Shown here in pieces: positions 41,334 through 55,257 of a stretch of 64,000 nucleotides of DNA (position 1 is its first letter; every line of letters starts with the position of its first letter). The notes below the pieces were generated by a model. The model made no database searches. It was not told the DNA's origin and saw only the letters and a program-made list of their open reading frames with translations. The DNA is taken from contig OX597816.1 in the NCBI GenBank assembly GCA_951406725.2, positions 148,924,001 through 148,988,000 of the forward strand, in the 5' to 3' direction. The DNA comes from Octopus vulgaris (Eukaryota). The position numbers were made by a program, and so were the translations under genes.

Positions 41334-42293
41334 CTGAAAAATAAGCAAGAGAAAAAGAGAAACAGTAAAAAGAAAATTATAATATAATCTCAGTTTATGA
41401 GAAACTGCAACAATGAAAAGCATGAGGACTACATATACTATATTTTCAAGCATATAAGTTGAATCTTTCAGAGCAAAATTTGTAACTAAAAAAGGCACAT
41501 CAACTAACACACCAAGACAACACTGAAGAACCAAAATTTCCATGTGAAATGCAGCAAGTTTTAAAATGTTGAGCAATCATCAGCCATTTATAGAGGTTTT
41601 CCATCAATACATATACTTATTTCCATCTCTATAAATGGCTGATGATTGCTCATCATTTTAAAGCTGATTTAATACTTACAATGTTTAATAAAATGATGTA
41701 GCGTGAAACGATCGTACCAAATTACTGAAGATATTCTTGTTGCTTACTTTGATTATATATATAAATTATTAAAATTATAATTTAGGGTATCTACAAGATA
41801 CTGCCATGCTGAAAATAGCAGCCAGGAACTGACTCTAAGACCACTTTAAGTGTTCATATAGCACAGGGAGAGAAGACAAAAAGACAAAATAAAACTAGAA
41901 AAAATTACTGGATAATTCCAGATCTCGGACCTCTGGCTTTGCATTTAGAAATGCTTTACCTCATCAGTGGAATATATGCAGAGAGAAACACAAATACATA
42001 TATATATGTATATATATAAATACAACATACGAATACTTACATATATGAACATATACATACATACATATGCACATATGCATCAAGACCAGTTTAAAATGCC
42101 CACTTCTTAATTCCATGTGCAATATGGTTAAAATATCACCACAGTAAATACAATGACAAAATAAATTTAAATTTATATAAATAAGGATAAGATCGTTAAT
42201 TTAAATTAAAAAACAATCTTATCAAGTGGCCAGCATGGAAATAAAAATCTTCAAATGTAATAAGTATAAAAAAACCACATTATTTATGGGATG

Positions 42294-42343
<50 letters not shown>

Positions 42344-42745
42344 CTTTCAGTTTCCATCTTCCAAATCTACTCACAAGGCTTTGATTGGACCAAGGCTATA
42401 GCAGAAGACATTTAACCAAAGTGCCACAAATTTGGACTGAACCCAGAACCATGTATTTACAAAGCAAAGTTCTTAACATAGAGCCAAGCCTGCACATATG
42501 TTTGGAAATGAATTGTAGGGATGTATAACTTCATGGTAATCTTAGTGCTAAGATTAGAGAATTTTGAAATAGAATTCCCATTTATTTCAAAGTCAACTAA
42601 GAGAAATTAACAAAATAATGTTCCTTACCTTAAAACACAACACACAGGCGCTACAACATAGTTTGAATTTGTGGTCAGTAGCTCAGTAACATAAACTCAT
42701 TATTTGGTAAAAGTTATTGTGCAATAAGTCTTCAATTAAACTTAC

Positions 42746-43058
42746 CATCACTGTAGATGTACCATTTCCAATACCAGCATCACATAATTTTCCACTCTTC
42801 CATAGCAATGCCAGACTGGACATTACATTTTTCTGATGATCAGCAAGAATAAATATTTTCTTTTCGTGAGGTTGTGGCATTTCAAAGGTCTTTGGTTGCA
42901 TAACAGACGTCAGAACTGGAGGCATTGAGAAGTGAACCGACTGTGGTACAGTACCAACATCCTTAATCACACAAATAGGCTTCTCAGCAGCAATTTGAGA
43001 AGTAATTTCCTGACAATTTCCAGCCATTTTAGAAACGTGGCTATCACCACTCATTTCC
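42746..43058 (-). CDS. BTB gene 2, exon with N-half of BTB (DHQKNVMSSLALLWKSGKLCDAGIGNGTSTVM)
   Basis: tttcag|G GAA...ATG|gtaagt; same phases as the BTB gene 1 exon. Confidence 0.88.
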
Positions 43059-44352
43059 CTGAAATTTATTGAAATAAGAGCTATATAAATGATATTTCAT
43101 AAAAAGACCTTGAAATGAGAGAAATACGTTTAGAGAAGCGTTTTCTTTGTGGACAATAAAGGAGTAAAAATTAGGATACTCTTTGAATTTCACTTTCATC
43201 ATCATTTAATGTCTGCTTTCCATGATGGCATGGGTTGAACTTTTTGACTGGAGCTGATAAGGCCAGTGGGCATACCAGGCTCTTGTCTGTTCTGGCATAG
43301 TTTCTACAGCTGAATGCCCTTCCTAATGCCAAGTGTTCCACAGAGTGTACCAAGTACTTTTTATGAAGCAGCACCAGCACGAGTGCTTTTAACAAGGCTC
43401 TGAAGATAGCCCTTAAATATTTGAATAATTTCAAACAAATTGATATATCAAATATTTTTATACATAGAATTCACAAAAATGGCTATACAAGGGTAGATTC
43501 ATGTTGTTTAACCTCTAACCTACAAAATATTATTTTTATGACCATATTCAGATTATTATTTGTTGTATAACATTGAGTTGTTGTTTAACTCTAGGTCTAC
43601 CCTAATTGAGAAGGCCTGTGATCAAAGATGTTCTACTCGTGACTAACCATTCTTTTTTTTTTCTAAACACCATGTACTTAAAGCCATATTATCCAATGTA
43701 TCCTTCCTTGTTTAGGACTGTGGTGTGATTTGAGAGAGATTTAGCAGAGAGTATTGATGTTCAATGGCCAAATGTTCCTTCTCAATAACAATGTAAGTGA
43801 GGAAGATGTTTTAAAATGTCCTAGAAACCAACAATGGAACATCTGCAGTCATTCCACTTGTTCGAAATAACAGCCATATTGTCCTACAAAATAGCAAAAT
43901 AAGTCCTTTTTCTAGACATATTACATGTTTGTTACTCATTAGATTGTTCTGGTGAAGCTGCAAACCACTAAAATGCTACATGAAATAACTAAACCAATAC
44001 TCTATACCTGGTGGTACATACTTTATCACATGTAATTATAAATGCTAAAGCTAACTTAGTCAGAATCTAAGCCACAGAACTGATGGCTCTAAACTAGTCT
44101 AATTCAGGCAGCTTTAGTAGTTCAACTTAATTACCTAATCAGAAAAAAACATACAAAAACAAAATTATAAACACAAACTGCAATAATACAATGACAGGTG
44201 ATGCCATGCGTGAAGACTCAAGTACTATAAACTACACAATGGCAAATAAATCATAAGCTAAATAGTTAATATGGAGTGAAATAACAATGCATTCTAGGCA
44301 AGAGGACACCCTGAGAAACCTGTGGATGCTAAAAATAAATCTGTAGCGTTAC

Positions 44353-44511
44353 CTGTCATGTATCTGAATATTGCTTGGTGCTATTGAAGGGAGATCATCT
44401 AGATTGATACATTTGACAGAAGAGATTGGTGGTGTCTTGTTAGGGAACTCTGATCTGTATTATAGATTATTTAAGCTTAACAATCTGGCTTGATCATCTC
44501 TAAATGATTGC
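44353..44511 (-). CDS. BTB gene 2 symmetric phase-2 exon with in-frame TAA at 44460-44462 (alternative in-frame acceptor at 44454)
   Basis: tttcag|G CAA TCA...GAC AG|gtaacg; 159 nt; the start is homologous to exon 46969. Confidence 0.5.
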
Positions 44512-44588
44512 CTGAAATTCATGTCAGAACTAAAACCAACCAATTCTTCAAAACAAAATGGCAAACAATCAAAAATCTATCAATTCAC

Positions 44589-44800
44589 CTGCCAACAGAG
44601 GTATTTCCTTGATAATATTGTTCTTTTTCTGGATGTTTTTCAAATGTCCTGGCAGCAGTCAGTTTCTTTGGAATTTTGGTAGCTGGAATTGGACAGTGTG
44701 GTTCATCTGGAATGATAACTGGGTTAGAAGAGACAGAAGGTGATTTTCTTTGATGTATTGATATATTCTTTTTTGCTTTATTCTGGTTCAATGATCTTGC
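44589..44800 (-). CDS. BTB gene 2 linker exon (ARSLNQNKAKK...GR)
   Basis: ttgcag|...AG|gtgaat; phase 0 to 2; start resembles exon 47063-47244. Confidence 0.65.
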
Positions 44801-46359
44801 CTGCAATCATAATTGGAGAATATTGTAAAATCAGCTAGATAATAATCATGTAAATATGCAGAATTAAATGTACCTTGAACATTTTCTTCTCTCAAATTAT
44901 ATAAAGCCTATATATATTCAATAAAATACAATATTTCAGAAAATTATATACACACACGAGGGCCCAGGAGATGTGGCAATTTGCTGTACTTGATAAGACA
45001 TGTCAAACTAAGTAAAATAGCTGTCTTCTACACATACAGGCTTGTTCTTTCAAGTGTCAGTGCCACAGAAAAAGCACTCGTGCTGGTACTGCATAAACAC
45101 AACCATGCCAGTGGCATATAAAAAGCACCCAGCACATTCTTAAGTGGTTGGCATTAGGATGGGCATCCAGCCAGAGAAACCATGCCACAACAGACAATCA
45201 GAGCCTGAACACCTCCCAGCTAGCCAGCTCTGTGTCAAACCATCCAACCCATGCCAGCATGGAAAGCAAACATTAAACGATGTTGATGAAGATGATACAC
45301 ATACAGAGTGTATCAGATATTTGAGAACAAAATATTTATTAGAATAAAAGCAGGTACACATAGCAAAAGGTTATTCATTAAAACCACCATCAGTCTCATT
45401 ACGGCTTTAGAAACTAGATGTATTGATCAGATGATCTTTATTCATGTTGGCCATAAAGTCCCTGACAGTAGACATCAACAAGTCTTTGGTGTTGTGAGCA
45501 TGCTAGTTGGTTTCCTTCTCAAAAACACTCCAAATGTAAGAGGCCAAATTTTAAGGATAACATTATCCACTCCTTCATGCAAGCTGTATGAGATGGAATA
45601 AAATCTTACTGGAACACATATAGCCTCCCCCAAGCAACTCTCTTGAATCCAGGCTTGACAACTATCTATACTGTCTCAATGTTGGTTGCTGCACTAACCC
45701 TAAAACCATGACGATAAAAAAATGTTGAGTTATGACCCATGAACATCAGACTATGGAAATTTAGTGGGGATTTCAGTGAAGCTGGCACAGTGCCATCTGT
45801 CATTTCTCTTGTTCACTTTTTGATCTTAGACAAAAATCTCATCTAAGAAGAACCAAAGCATGTCAGGCTCCTCAGAATGCTTCAATTTGTTCAGCATTCG
45901 ATCCTCCATCCCTCTTCTCATAACAGGATTTGTATCTGATGTCTTCATGCACATATATCTAATTGTCAATTCTGAAACATGGTGATGACAGACAATGGCT
46001 CTCATTTGACTTGCCAGGTTTATCATTGATTATTCCTTGGATTTGCTGGACATTTTGACTTTCTTAACAATGTCTGACAGTCAATAACGTTTATTTTTGT
46101 TTTTTTCTTTTAACTACAGAAGGCACATTCCCACCAGAGACCAAGAGCTTTTTCTGATCTTAAATATGAAGGACCTGGCAACATTTAAGAAGGTTTCAAT
46201 CTCAAAACCACTGTAGTTGACAGCTAAGGTGATGAGAACGGCATGCATTTTTCATCATCTGTGTTAGTTTCCATAATGGGACAGAAAAAAGAGGCTAGTT
46301 TGCTTAAGTTTGGGCCACTTATTGTTTTTAAAAGTTTGGTTTTCAAATAGCCAATACAC

Positions 46360-46396
<37 letters not shown>

Positions 46397-46680
46397 GTGG
46401 ATATACCTGCCACATACAACAGATTTCTCATAGTTTCCAAAGTGCAACACAGTAGAACTGAATTCAAAATCATGTGGTGGGAAAAGCAGCTGAAGCTCAA
46501 CAGTTTTTTCAAATTCTAAATGTATACTGTTATTCTATGTACTAGATATTTAACTAGCAAATCCACCTCACCCACATTCAAAGCTTTCATCTCTTAAATT
46601 TCCATATACCAAGAGAAACCTAACTGCAAACATACCCACATAGTCACAGTACAAAGTAAGTTAATAACAGAAGGACATAC

Positions 46681-46969
46681 CATCACTGCGTGCGAACTGT
46701 TGCCAGTACCAGAATTACATGATTTTCCATTCTTCCATACTGAAACCTGATTGGACATTTTATGGACACCAAGAATAAATTCTTTGCAGGGGAGTTGAGG
46801 TTTTTCAACAGGTGCAGGCTGAGAAATTGGATTCTGAACTGAAGATACTGAGAACTGAACTGTTTGAGCTATATTTTCTGCTTTCTCCATTTTAGGTTTA
46901 GAACCTGGGACTGAAGTTTGAGAAGGAAATTGTTGTGGCTTCTCAACAATATCTCTACCATCAGACTGC
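46681..46969 (-). CDS. BTB gene 2 exon ending in a degenerate copy of the BTB N-half (KEFILGVH...WKNGKSCNSGTGNSSHAVM)
   Basis: tttcag|G CAG...ATG|gtatgt; clear paralog of exon 42746-43058. Confidence 0.72.
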
Positions 46970-47062
46970 CTGAAATACATTGAAGTATAAAATTACAAAA
47001 GAACATAATTATTCAAATTGAAAAAAAAAATACAATGAAAAGCCATGACAAAAATAATTTAC

Positions 47063-47244
47063 CCATCATTGAAATCATTGTTTTTGTGTTTCTTTATCAA
47101 ATGATCTTCTATAGGTTTTGTTCGATCATCAGTAACAGGAGGCAACAGATGTGAGTCACTTGAAGTAGGCACTGTGACAGATATGGGTTGTTTTCTTTTT
47201 CTAGTAACTCTATATTTTGAATTATGTTGATTCAATGCTGCAAT
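47063..47244 (-). CDS. BTB gene 2 linker exon (IAALNQHNSKYRVTRKRKQP...), with an NLS-like RKRK
   Basis: ttgcag|...GG|gtaaat; phase 0 to 2; open frame. Confidence 0.7.
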
Positions 47245-47424
47245 CTGCAACATGAATGGGAAAAAAATCAATAGAATAGCATTAAAGGAAAGATATGTAA
47301 TTGCTTTTGTGTAGGCATAGGTCAATTTCATAAGGAATTGATTGAGGCAACTAACTGGATTAGAACTCTGAAAATAAATAACAATGAATACATGAGACTA
47401 TGAATGTGTGGTGGGGGAGGGGGG

Positions 47425-47735
47425 TGAAGGTACATGGCTTAGTGGTTAGGGCATTCAGCTCATGATAAGGTCAATTCCCAGCAACGCATTGTGTCCTTGA
47501 ACAAGACATTTTATTTCACGTTGCTCCAGTCCACTCAGCTGGCAAAAATGAGTAGTACCTGTATTTGAAAGGGCCAGCCTTGTCACACTCTGTGTCAAGC
47601 TGAATCTCCCTGAGAATTATGTTAAGGGTACACATGTCTGTGGAGTGGTCAAGTCACTTGCACATTAATTTCACGAGCAAGCTGTTCCATCGATCGTATC
47701 AGCTAGGACCATCATCATTGCAAACAACAGAGTGC
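47425..47735 (+). mobile_element. tRNA-derived CORE-like SINE, representative copy
   Basis: catggcttagtggttag head and gtgtccttgaacaagacattttatttcac core. Other copies at about 9445-9750, 28090-28415 and 39780-39990. Confidence 0.8.
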
Positions 47736-47989
47736 TCCTCTCTCTCTCTGCATGCGTGCATACTATAATGGAGAAAGCTGCTTATTAATTAGGCATGTAA
47801 CAATTACTAAAAGTACTAAAAGAAAGCAATATTAAAAGCTTAACCGTCTAGAAATATTTTTATAAATTCATGTTCTAAGAAATTGCCTATATGTGTGTAT
47901 GTAGGTACAAAATAATATTGCATAATAGAAATTTATACAGAGTCAAAGAGTCATCAACTGAGCAGAGTACATCAAAACTGAAGTAGCAT

Positions 47990-49300
47990 AGTGGGCAGAA
48001 ACAACAGGACTTAAGATTATTGTTCCTTTGTGTTGGTCAAATATAGTGCCAGTGAGTGCCATAAGTTTGTGTGCCATTTTGAAATTCTTATTAACTGTCT
48101 TCTGCATATGCTGTGAATGAGATGTTAAATCCTAATATTTTTGTCTTTTGGGTGACTGATCTGTTTGGGTGTGATGACTGGTTGTAAATGATGTTTTCTA
48201 GTGTTGCTGGTAAAAAGGGAAATGGTGGATTTAGTAAGTGCTACTCTAGGACCTTTGTTTTGGAGTCAGTTTTCTCAGTAGTTAATGTAGAGTTGAAAAA
48301 GATGTACAACAGTTTGAAAATTGGTGGGAAGATGCAACTGAGAGATTATCTTCATATGAAGTTATGTTTTGAGGAAGTGTGGGAAGGTTGTATTGATATT
48401 GAGAAGTGAGACCTTGTGATACACTTTTCAAGATATTGCAAAAATGTTGTTGTATAGTACAGTACATAGGCTTGTCAATTCAAGAGTTTTTTAGTAAGCT
48501 AGCAATGAGTGTTGTTTCTAAAGTTCTTGAGTATTTTGAGTATAACTGGGCAACAAGAGTGGAGTCAAAAGCTTTGCATTCAGGGAAGAATATCATGTAT
48601 TTTTGTTTTAAGGTTAATGAATAGTGTAGTAGTTGGGTGTGGTAGTAGTCTGAATCTATAGTATGATTTGGAAAACAGAGTGTAGGGGTGATACGTATCA
48701 AGGTTGAAAGTGTACATAGGAGAATGACAGTCCTACGTTACTTTACATGGGTTTTAAAACTGCTATTATTCTGTCCAGTTTCCAGATTTTGAGAATTTGG
48801 CAGTACTGATACAAGTAGCTGATGACAGTGGTTTTGTCAGGCTTTAGAGCTTTCAAGGTTTTTTATTTATTTATTGCATTTTTGGTGTTTCACAGGAGAA
48901 AAGGGTAATCTAAGTGGAAGATACATATTTTGTGTTTTGTACTTAGAAATTACTGTCTTTGTGTGGTTTTTAGTGATTCGTTTACAAGAAATGTCTGCTA
49001 AGAGCATTTGCTTGGTGTTGGAATGTAAATAAATTGAAGTTATTGAGGATATGGGTTTGGTGTTGCTAATACTGGTCATTATTCAGCATAAGGTTTTACA
49101 GTTTTGTTGTGTCTTAGGAGAGTCATTGGAGTAGTGATTCTCCCAAGACACAAAATTTGTTTCAACACACAAATTCACATAAATCTAGCAAATCAAAAAC
49201 AAAAACAAAGTGTTGTGATTAATGTTGAATAAAAATGTTTGTTAGTGTCCTCTTTTTCAATGGTTAATTTTCTTGGCTAACTTTTAGTTTAGCTTCTAAG
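47990..49300 (-). mobile_element. Highly degraded LINE-like RT remnant
   Basis: Only IFF..CKAFDS (RT motif-like) is recognisable; strong strand compositional skew. Confidence 0.35.
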
Positions 49301-50274
49301 TGTGATATTCATTGTTTTAAAGACTTATCTCAAGTTTTGTTTTCTTCAGGTTACAATTTCAATAGTGTAAATGAGATATTTTTTTTATGTTATCTTGTTT
49401 TTCAGAAGTGTCTATAATAATTTTGTTGAATGTATGTACTGCTATGTCGATGTTGTTGCTGCTGTTTAACCAAGGTAAATTAAATCAAATTGATCCTATG
49501 ATCAAAAGCATTTTAGGAATGACATTGTTGACTTGGAGATATTAGTGAATATGTACATACACTTCATCTTTACCATTAGCAACGCAATTAGTCAACAGAG
49601 AAGTGTGTCCAGTTGCATAACATTTACTCATCCTGCTGCTATTACTCGTGATTGCTATCCTTATTATTGATAGTGTCGATATTGATTCTTACTTGCTGTT
49701 GTTATTCAAGCTCTCCCTACACTTCACTACCAGTCTTTGTTAATGTTTGTAGCAGGTTTTGTTAATTTATTATCAGGTGAAACAATATTTTCTATGAACT
49801 TAACTTTTAATACTTTCAACAAAGCAGATGACAAGACAGGATACTGTCCTTGCTAACAGTCTACTTTTCAAGTCTATTCAGGCAACCTACAATGAAAGAT
49901 GTATTTATCTCCCCTTTTACAGCTGAAACGATATTTACATATTCTACACTCAACATTATTTTCAACATAATGTAGGAGGAGCATATCTAGTTGTTGGCCA
50001 GACATACAAATAATATTTACTCCCAAAGTCAAATACAGTTATGATTTATTTACCAACAAAGACATCAAAAAGAATATTACAAGGTTAAAAGCAAAACATG
50101 GAAAGCTTATACAATATTCTTATAAAATGACTTCAAAAACAATGGATAGACCAAACAGTAAACAGATAAATGCCTGGAGAAGATAGCTACACAGGTCAAA
50201 TCAGTATATTTCAAAAAACTCGACCAGCAAAGACAGTTTGCAACTATTTGCAGTCCTCTCTCTCTCTCTAGAGC

Positions 50275-50343
50275 AGGGGTCTCCAACTCATGGCTCACCT
50301 AGCGATTTTCTACAGCCCGTTATCTCAAGGGAGAAAATAAAAT

Positions 50344-50382
<39 letters not shown>

Positions 50383-51380
50383 GCCTGTAGCCAGTTGAGT
50401 GGGAGTGTACATTCCTTGGCCCCCGAATTATTTCAGAATGTATAAAGAAATAATTTTAAAATATTCTTTAAAAAGTGCCCATTTCTGGCAATTTATAGGC
50501 AAGTACCCACCGAGAGCTTCCTTTTTTGCTCTCAGAAAAACTGTTTTTTAGGTACACCTCCTCCTCATCTTGCCCACCCATCCCCACTTTCTTGAATTTT
50601 TTTCGGGCTATAGGCTTGTATATGTGTATATATATTGGGACGTAAAAAGCACCCCCTACACTCTCAGAGAGATTGGTATTAGGAATCAGCTGTAGAAACC
50701 TTGCTAGATCGGATTGGATCTTGGTGCATCCTTCTGGCTTGCCAGTCCACAGTCAAACCATCCAACCCATGCCAGCATGGAAAGCAGACGTTAAACGATG
50801 ATGATGATGATATATAGTATAATATAATATGATTCATACTAATTGTCGTTTAACAAATTTCTAATCCGGACTCCTTTTTCATTTCTTTTCAGTTAGAATT
50901 GGAGGCACACCAACTTAAGCATGATAATAAAACAAAAAGACGTTGAGTAAAATCACTCTCCATCAAAATGGTTTCTGAAAAAAACGGAAAATATCAGATG
51001 AAAATAGGATATTTGAAGAACGTTGGGAAGATAGATACTTTGTGAGCCAGAGTCAAGCACGTGCAAGTGGGAAATGCCAGATTCAGTGTCTTATTTGCCT
51101 GCATACAGTGGCACTAGAATTCACAGCCTAAAGACTTTGATAAGTTTGAAGGCAAATTAAGACATGATAAACTTTGTCAGTTGAAATCATCTCTATCACA
51201 ACAGGGACATGCTTTCAACTAAGTGCACACATCGTCAGAAGATGTAAAAGCCAGCTATGTAGTCAGTCAAATGATTGAAAAGATATCACACTCATTTACT
51301 GAAGGTAAATTCGTGAAAGACTGGTGAATATTGCCCAAATTCTGTCAAGAAAAAGTGGAGATCTTTTCTGAAATATGAGC
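50275..51380 (+). mobile_element. Degraded hAT transposon 5' part, interrupted by other repeats
   Basis: caggggtctccaac-type terminus and remnant ASYVVSQMI...FTEGKFVKD. Confidence 0.6.
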
Positions 51381-52450
51381 TGTACAGGGATACCATTAGC
51401 AAGGTAAGGGTCGGCAATGAGTATAGTGAAGAATCCTGAGTAGAAATAGGGGATCAGCCCTCAGCCCCCTTTTATTCATCATAGTCCACCAGACAATAAC
51501 AGAGGAATTCAAAATAGGCTGCTCCCGGGAGCTCCTCTATGCTGATGACCTTGCTCTCATAGTGGAATCACTACTAGAACTAAAGAAATTTCAAGTGTTG
51601 AGGCAAGGTTTAGAATCAAAGGGCCTTAGAGTCAATGTTGCAAAAACCAAAGTCCTAGTAAGTAGGAAGGCAAACACATCGCAAACACCTCCAGGTAGGT
51701 GGCCTGCTCGATCTGTAGAAAAGGTGTAGGCAGAACTCCATATGATGTACACTCTTGGATGCATAAGAGGTACAGTAGCATCAAAGAATGGTTAACCGGG
51801 AAGATAGCTTTTGTGTGTGGCAGATGCACAGAGGCAATAAACACCACGGATGCTCAGAAAACTGATTCAATCACATGTCAGGGGGAGAAACTAGAAATAG
51901 TTGATAGTTTCCACTACCTAAGTGACCAAGTCTGTAATGGGGGTGGATGCTTGGAGAGCATTGTCACTAGAATAAGAATAGCCTGGGCAAAGTTCAGAAA
52001 GCTCCTACCTCTACTGGTGACAAAGGGCCTCTCGCTCAGAGTGAAAGGTAGATTGTATGATGCATGTGTGCGAACTGCCATGCTACACAGCAGTGAAACA
52101 TGGGCCATGACTGCTGAAGACATGCATAGACTTGAAAGAAATGAAGCTAGTATGATCCGCTGGATGTGTAATGTCAGTGTCCACACACTACAGAGTGTAA
52201 GCGCCCTGACAGAAATGTTGGACATAAGAAGCATCGGATGTGGTGTGCAAGAGAGATGACTGCACTGGTATGGTCATGTGCTGCATATGACTGAGGAGAG
52301 CTGTGTGAAGTGTCACTCCCTAGCAATGGAAGGAACCCATGGTAGAGGGTGACCCAGGAAGACATGGGATGAAGTAGTGAAGCAAGACTGTCGAATGTTG
52401 GGCCTCACAGAGGCAATGACAAAAGACCGAGACCTCTGAAGATAAACTGT
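51380..52450 (+). mobile_element. RTE-clade LINE 3' fragment
   Basis: LLYADDL motif and RIRIAWAKFRKLLPLL...GRLYDACVRTAMLHSSETW, with stops and frameshifts. Confidence 0.9.
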
Positions 52451-52509
52451 GATTGAGAGTATTGGTATGTGATATTGTGCAATATTCATTCATGGCATAT
52501 ATATATATA

Positions 52510-52705
52510 TGCACCTGTGCCGGTGGCACGTGGAAAGCACCCACTACACTCACGGAGAGGTTGGCGTTAGGAAGGGCATCCAGCCGTAGAAACATTGCCA
52601 GATCAGACTGGGCCTGGTGCAGCCTTCTGGCTTCCCAGACCCCAGTTGAACCGTCCAACCCATGCTAGCATGGAAAGCAGACGCTAAACGATGATGATGA
52701 TGATA
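52510..52705 (+). mobile_element. (GAT)n-tailed SINE (ttggcattaggaagggcatccagc...ccatgccagcatgg), representative copy
   Basis: Other copies at about 6010-6210, 20655-20840, 28605-28810, 29210-29370, 43195-43380, 45040-45295, 50640-50810 and 61745-61800. Confidence 0.85.
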
Positions 52706-55257
52706 TATATACTCTCAGGCCTTCAAGCAGGCTAGCCACATGCTAGAAATAAGAGCCAAATCTCACAAAACTGCGATAACATAATGTAATCAACCTATTC
52801 ACCTTTCTGCAAAGATTTTCAGAGTAATTTCCTGCAGTAATATGACGAAGTAAGTCATGTGAAATGAAAGTGGCTTTAAAAAAAAAAAAATTTTTTAACT
52901 TTCTTTTTTAAACTTTAATTTTTTTTTTTTTTTTTGCGAAATACGTAGAAAAATATGAAGATTACGATTCTGAAAAATATTTGTAAAATTTCAAGTTTTC
53001 AACAAGAAAAAAAAAGAATATATAGCCTCAGGCCTTCAAGCAGGCTATCCACATGCTAGAAATAACAGCCAAATCTCACAATACTGCGATAAAATAATGA
53101 CATTTTGAAAATGTGATTTTTGAAATATCTTTTTTTCAGAATCGGATCCTCTATAACCAAAAACGTGGGATTCCGTAAAAAAAAAAAATCAATATATATA
53201 TATCCATTTTAACCGAATTTATGACGGAAAAATTGGATCTTGTGAATTTTCCGAAAATTTTGAAAACGTATTTCTAGCATGTCAGGTTTTCTGATTAGAT
53301 ACTTTTTGCGTCTACTATTTTATAATTCTATGCATACGTGAAAGATTAGTAGAGATTAACACTTGAATTTCACTTCTTGTCATAGAGCGGATTTTTTTTT
53401 CTTTTTGAAAAATTGAATTTTACACATTTTTTTTTCCAGAATCATAATCTCCGTATTTTTCTGCTTATTTCGCCAAAAAAAGTTTTTTTAAGAGAAAATT
53501 TAAGAAATTAGGGGAGGGGTGGAATTAAAATTTTGAAATGCTAGGTTTTTTTTTTGTAGATTCGGAATCTATGCACTCGATATAGTGGGTTCCTGTCAAA
53601 AAAAAATCCATTGTCTTTACCTCCGCCGGAAAGAAGTATGCAACACACATTAGACAGACAGATAGATATATCTTATTGCTTAGTCAGAAGACAGGGCAAT
53701 GCTCAAGCATCTGAGTCTAGTTGATGGGAGGGAAGACAGAATGTATAATAATAATTCTTTCTACTAAAAGTACAAGGCCTGAAATTTCTGAAGGAAAAAT
53801 GCTAGTCGATTACATCGACCCCGTGCTTGACAGGTACATATCTTATCGACCCCGAAAGGGTGAGCGGCAAAGCCAACCTCGACGGAATAAGCTTATTTGT
53901 ATAGTGCTCAGAGGCACTGCAAATGTAAGGCCAAGTCTTACATTTGCGCAACAGAGTAGAATATCTTTATTATGATCATGGTGATCTTACATAAAATGAG
54001 ACAATACAGGACAAACAAAAGACAAAGATGTTACATGAGTTCGCATTGTGTAAATATTAAAAATTAACTTAAATAATATGTATTTTATATATCGTTTGAA
54101 AAAATTAGAACTTTGATTTAAACTGAAACTAAGTCATAGAAACACACGAACAAAACGTTATGGGTCGCACCCGGCAGCCTGTAAGGCCCAGCAACGAACT
54201 TTTCCTTTCCTCAATGATTAAGCTGGGTTACTAACACCCACCTTTCTCATCACATCCTTCCATCGTTTCTCGAATCTCGGTGGCAGGGTCCTCCTCTCCA
54301 GCCCCATCTTTATATTGACCGAAAATAGTTAGTTGGTGTGCGTATTGTTTACCTTCGCCAACTGTTCAACCAGTCCGCCACCCTAAATAAGCTGTACAGT
54401 ATTCCAGGGTACATGTCTCCATTAGACGAGTTTAAGATGTACCTTGTGAGGTCCATGTAAGCCTGGTTACTATGTAAATGTGTATGTTAATTAGTGTCAA
54501 AAGATTTCCATCGGTCTCACAATTCTATCTACTAGACCTAAATCCTTGGATCGACCCGAGTTGTGGAACACCTGCTCCAAATGAACATGCAGATCGAAGT
54601 GGAATGAAGCTCGTTTTGAAAGTTGTTATAAGACCAATTTCATAAACTATTCGATCATAAATGCAACCAAGAAATCCTACACATTAATAAACACGAAAAT
54701 GAAATTTTTTCAAAAGCAAATGCAGAACGAATGAAACCGCATTTGTGTGTTCCAGATGTTCTTTCTTACACTACACCGAGCCGCATATGTTTGCTCAGAA
54801 ACAAATACTTGCTTCACTAAGTTCCCGCTGTACTAAGAAGCTTATCGTTCGTGTATCCGTATATGATTTATAATTCGTCCAACGTCAGTCAAGAAGCGAT
54901 ATAACGAAAGAGAATAACAGGAACATGAAGTCGAATATTATTAATGAGGAAACAGGATAGAGTGACGTTGCAACTAATTAACAGAGCATAAGTGACAAAA
55001 CTTATATGAAGACAATAAATGAATAACAATGTAGACAATAATAACCATTTCTTATGTAAACAAAGCGATTCTTTTTTAAAATTCAGCAGAATCAATATTA
55101 ATATATTAGGGTTACATTTTATTTCGAAGTTGTCCGAAGACTAAAAAGTAGTCAAATTTAGCGCGATTTGAATAAGTACATAAAATTATGAAACTAAATA
55201 TTCCAAGGATTAGTTTAGCACTCTACTTCAATCACAACAAAACCAACATATACTCAC

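Noticed and set aside
41334-41576. Hydrophobic N-terminal extension of the 402-aa ORF (and of the 389-aa ORF at 59578-59697)
   Set aside because: Intronic polypyrimidine sequence upstream of clear acceptors; the real upstream BTB half lies in a separate exon.
47300-55200. Additional exons or a MULE catalytic domain between the FAR1-like exon and 47244
   Set aside because: Only SINE, RTE, hAT and degraded LINE-like sequence was recognised; a small missed exon cannot be excluded.
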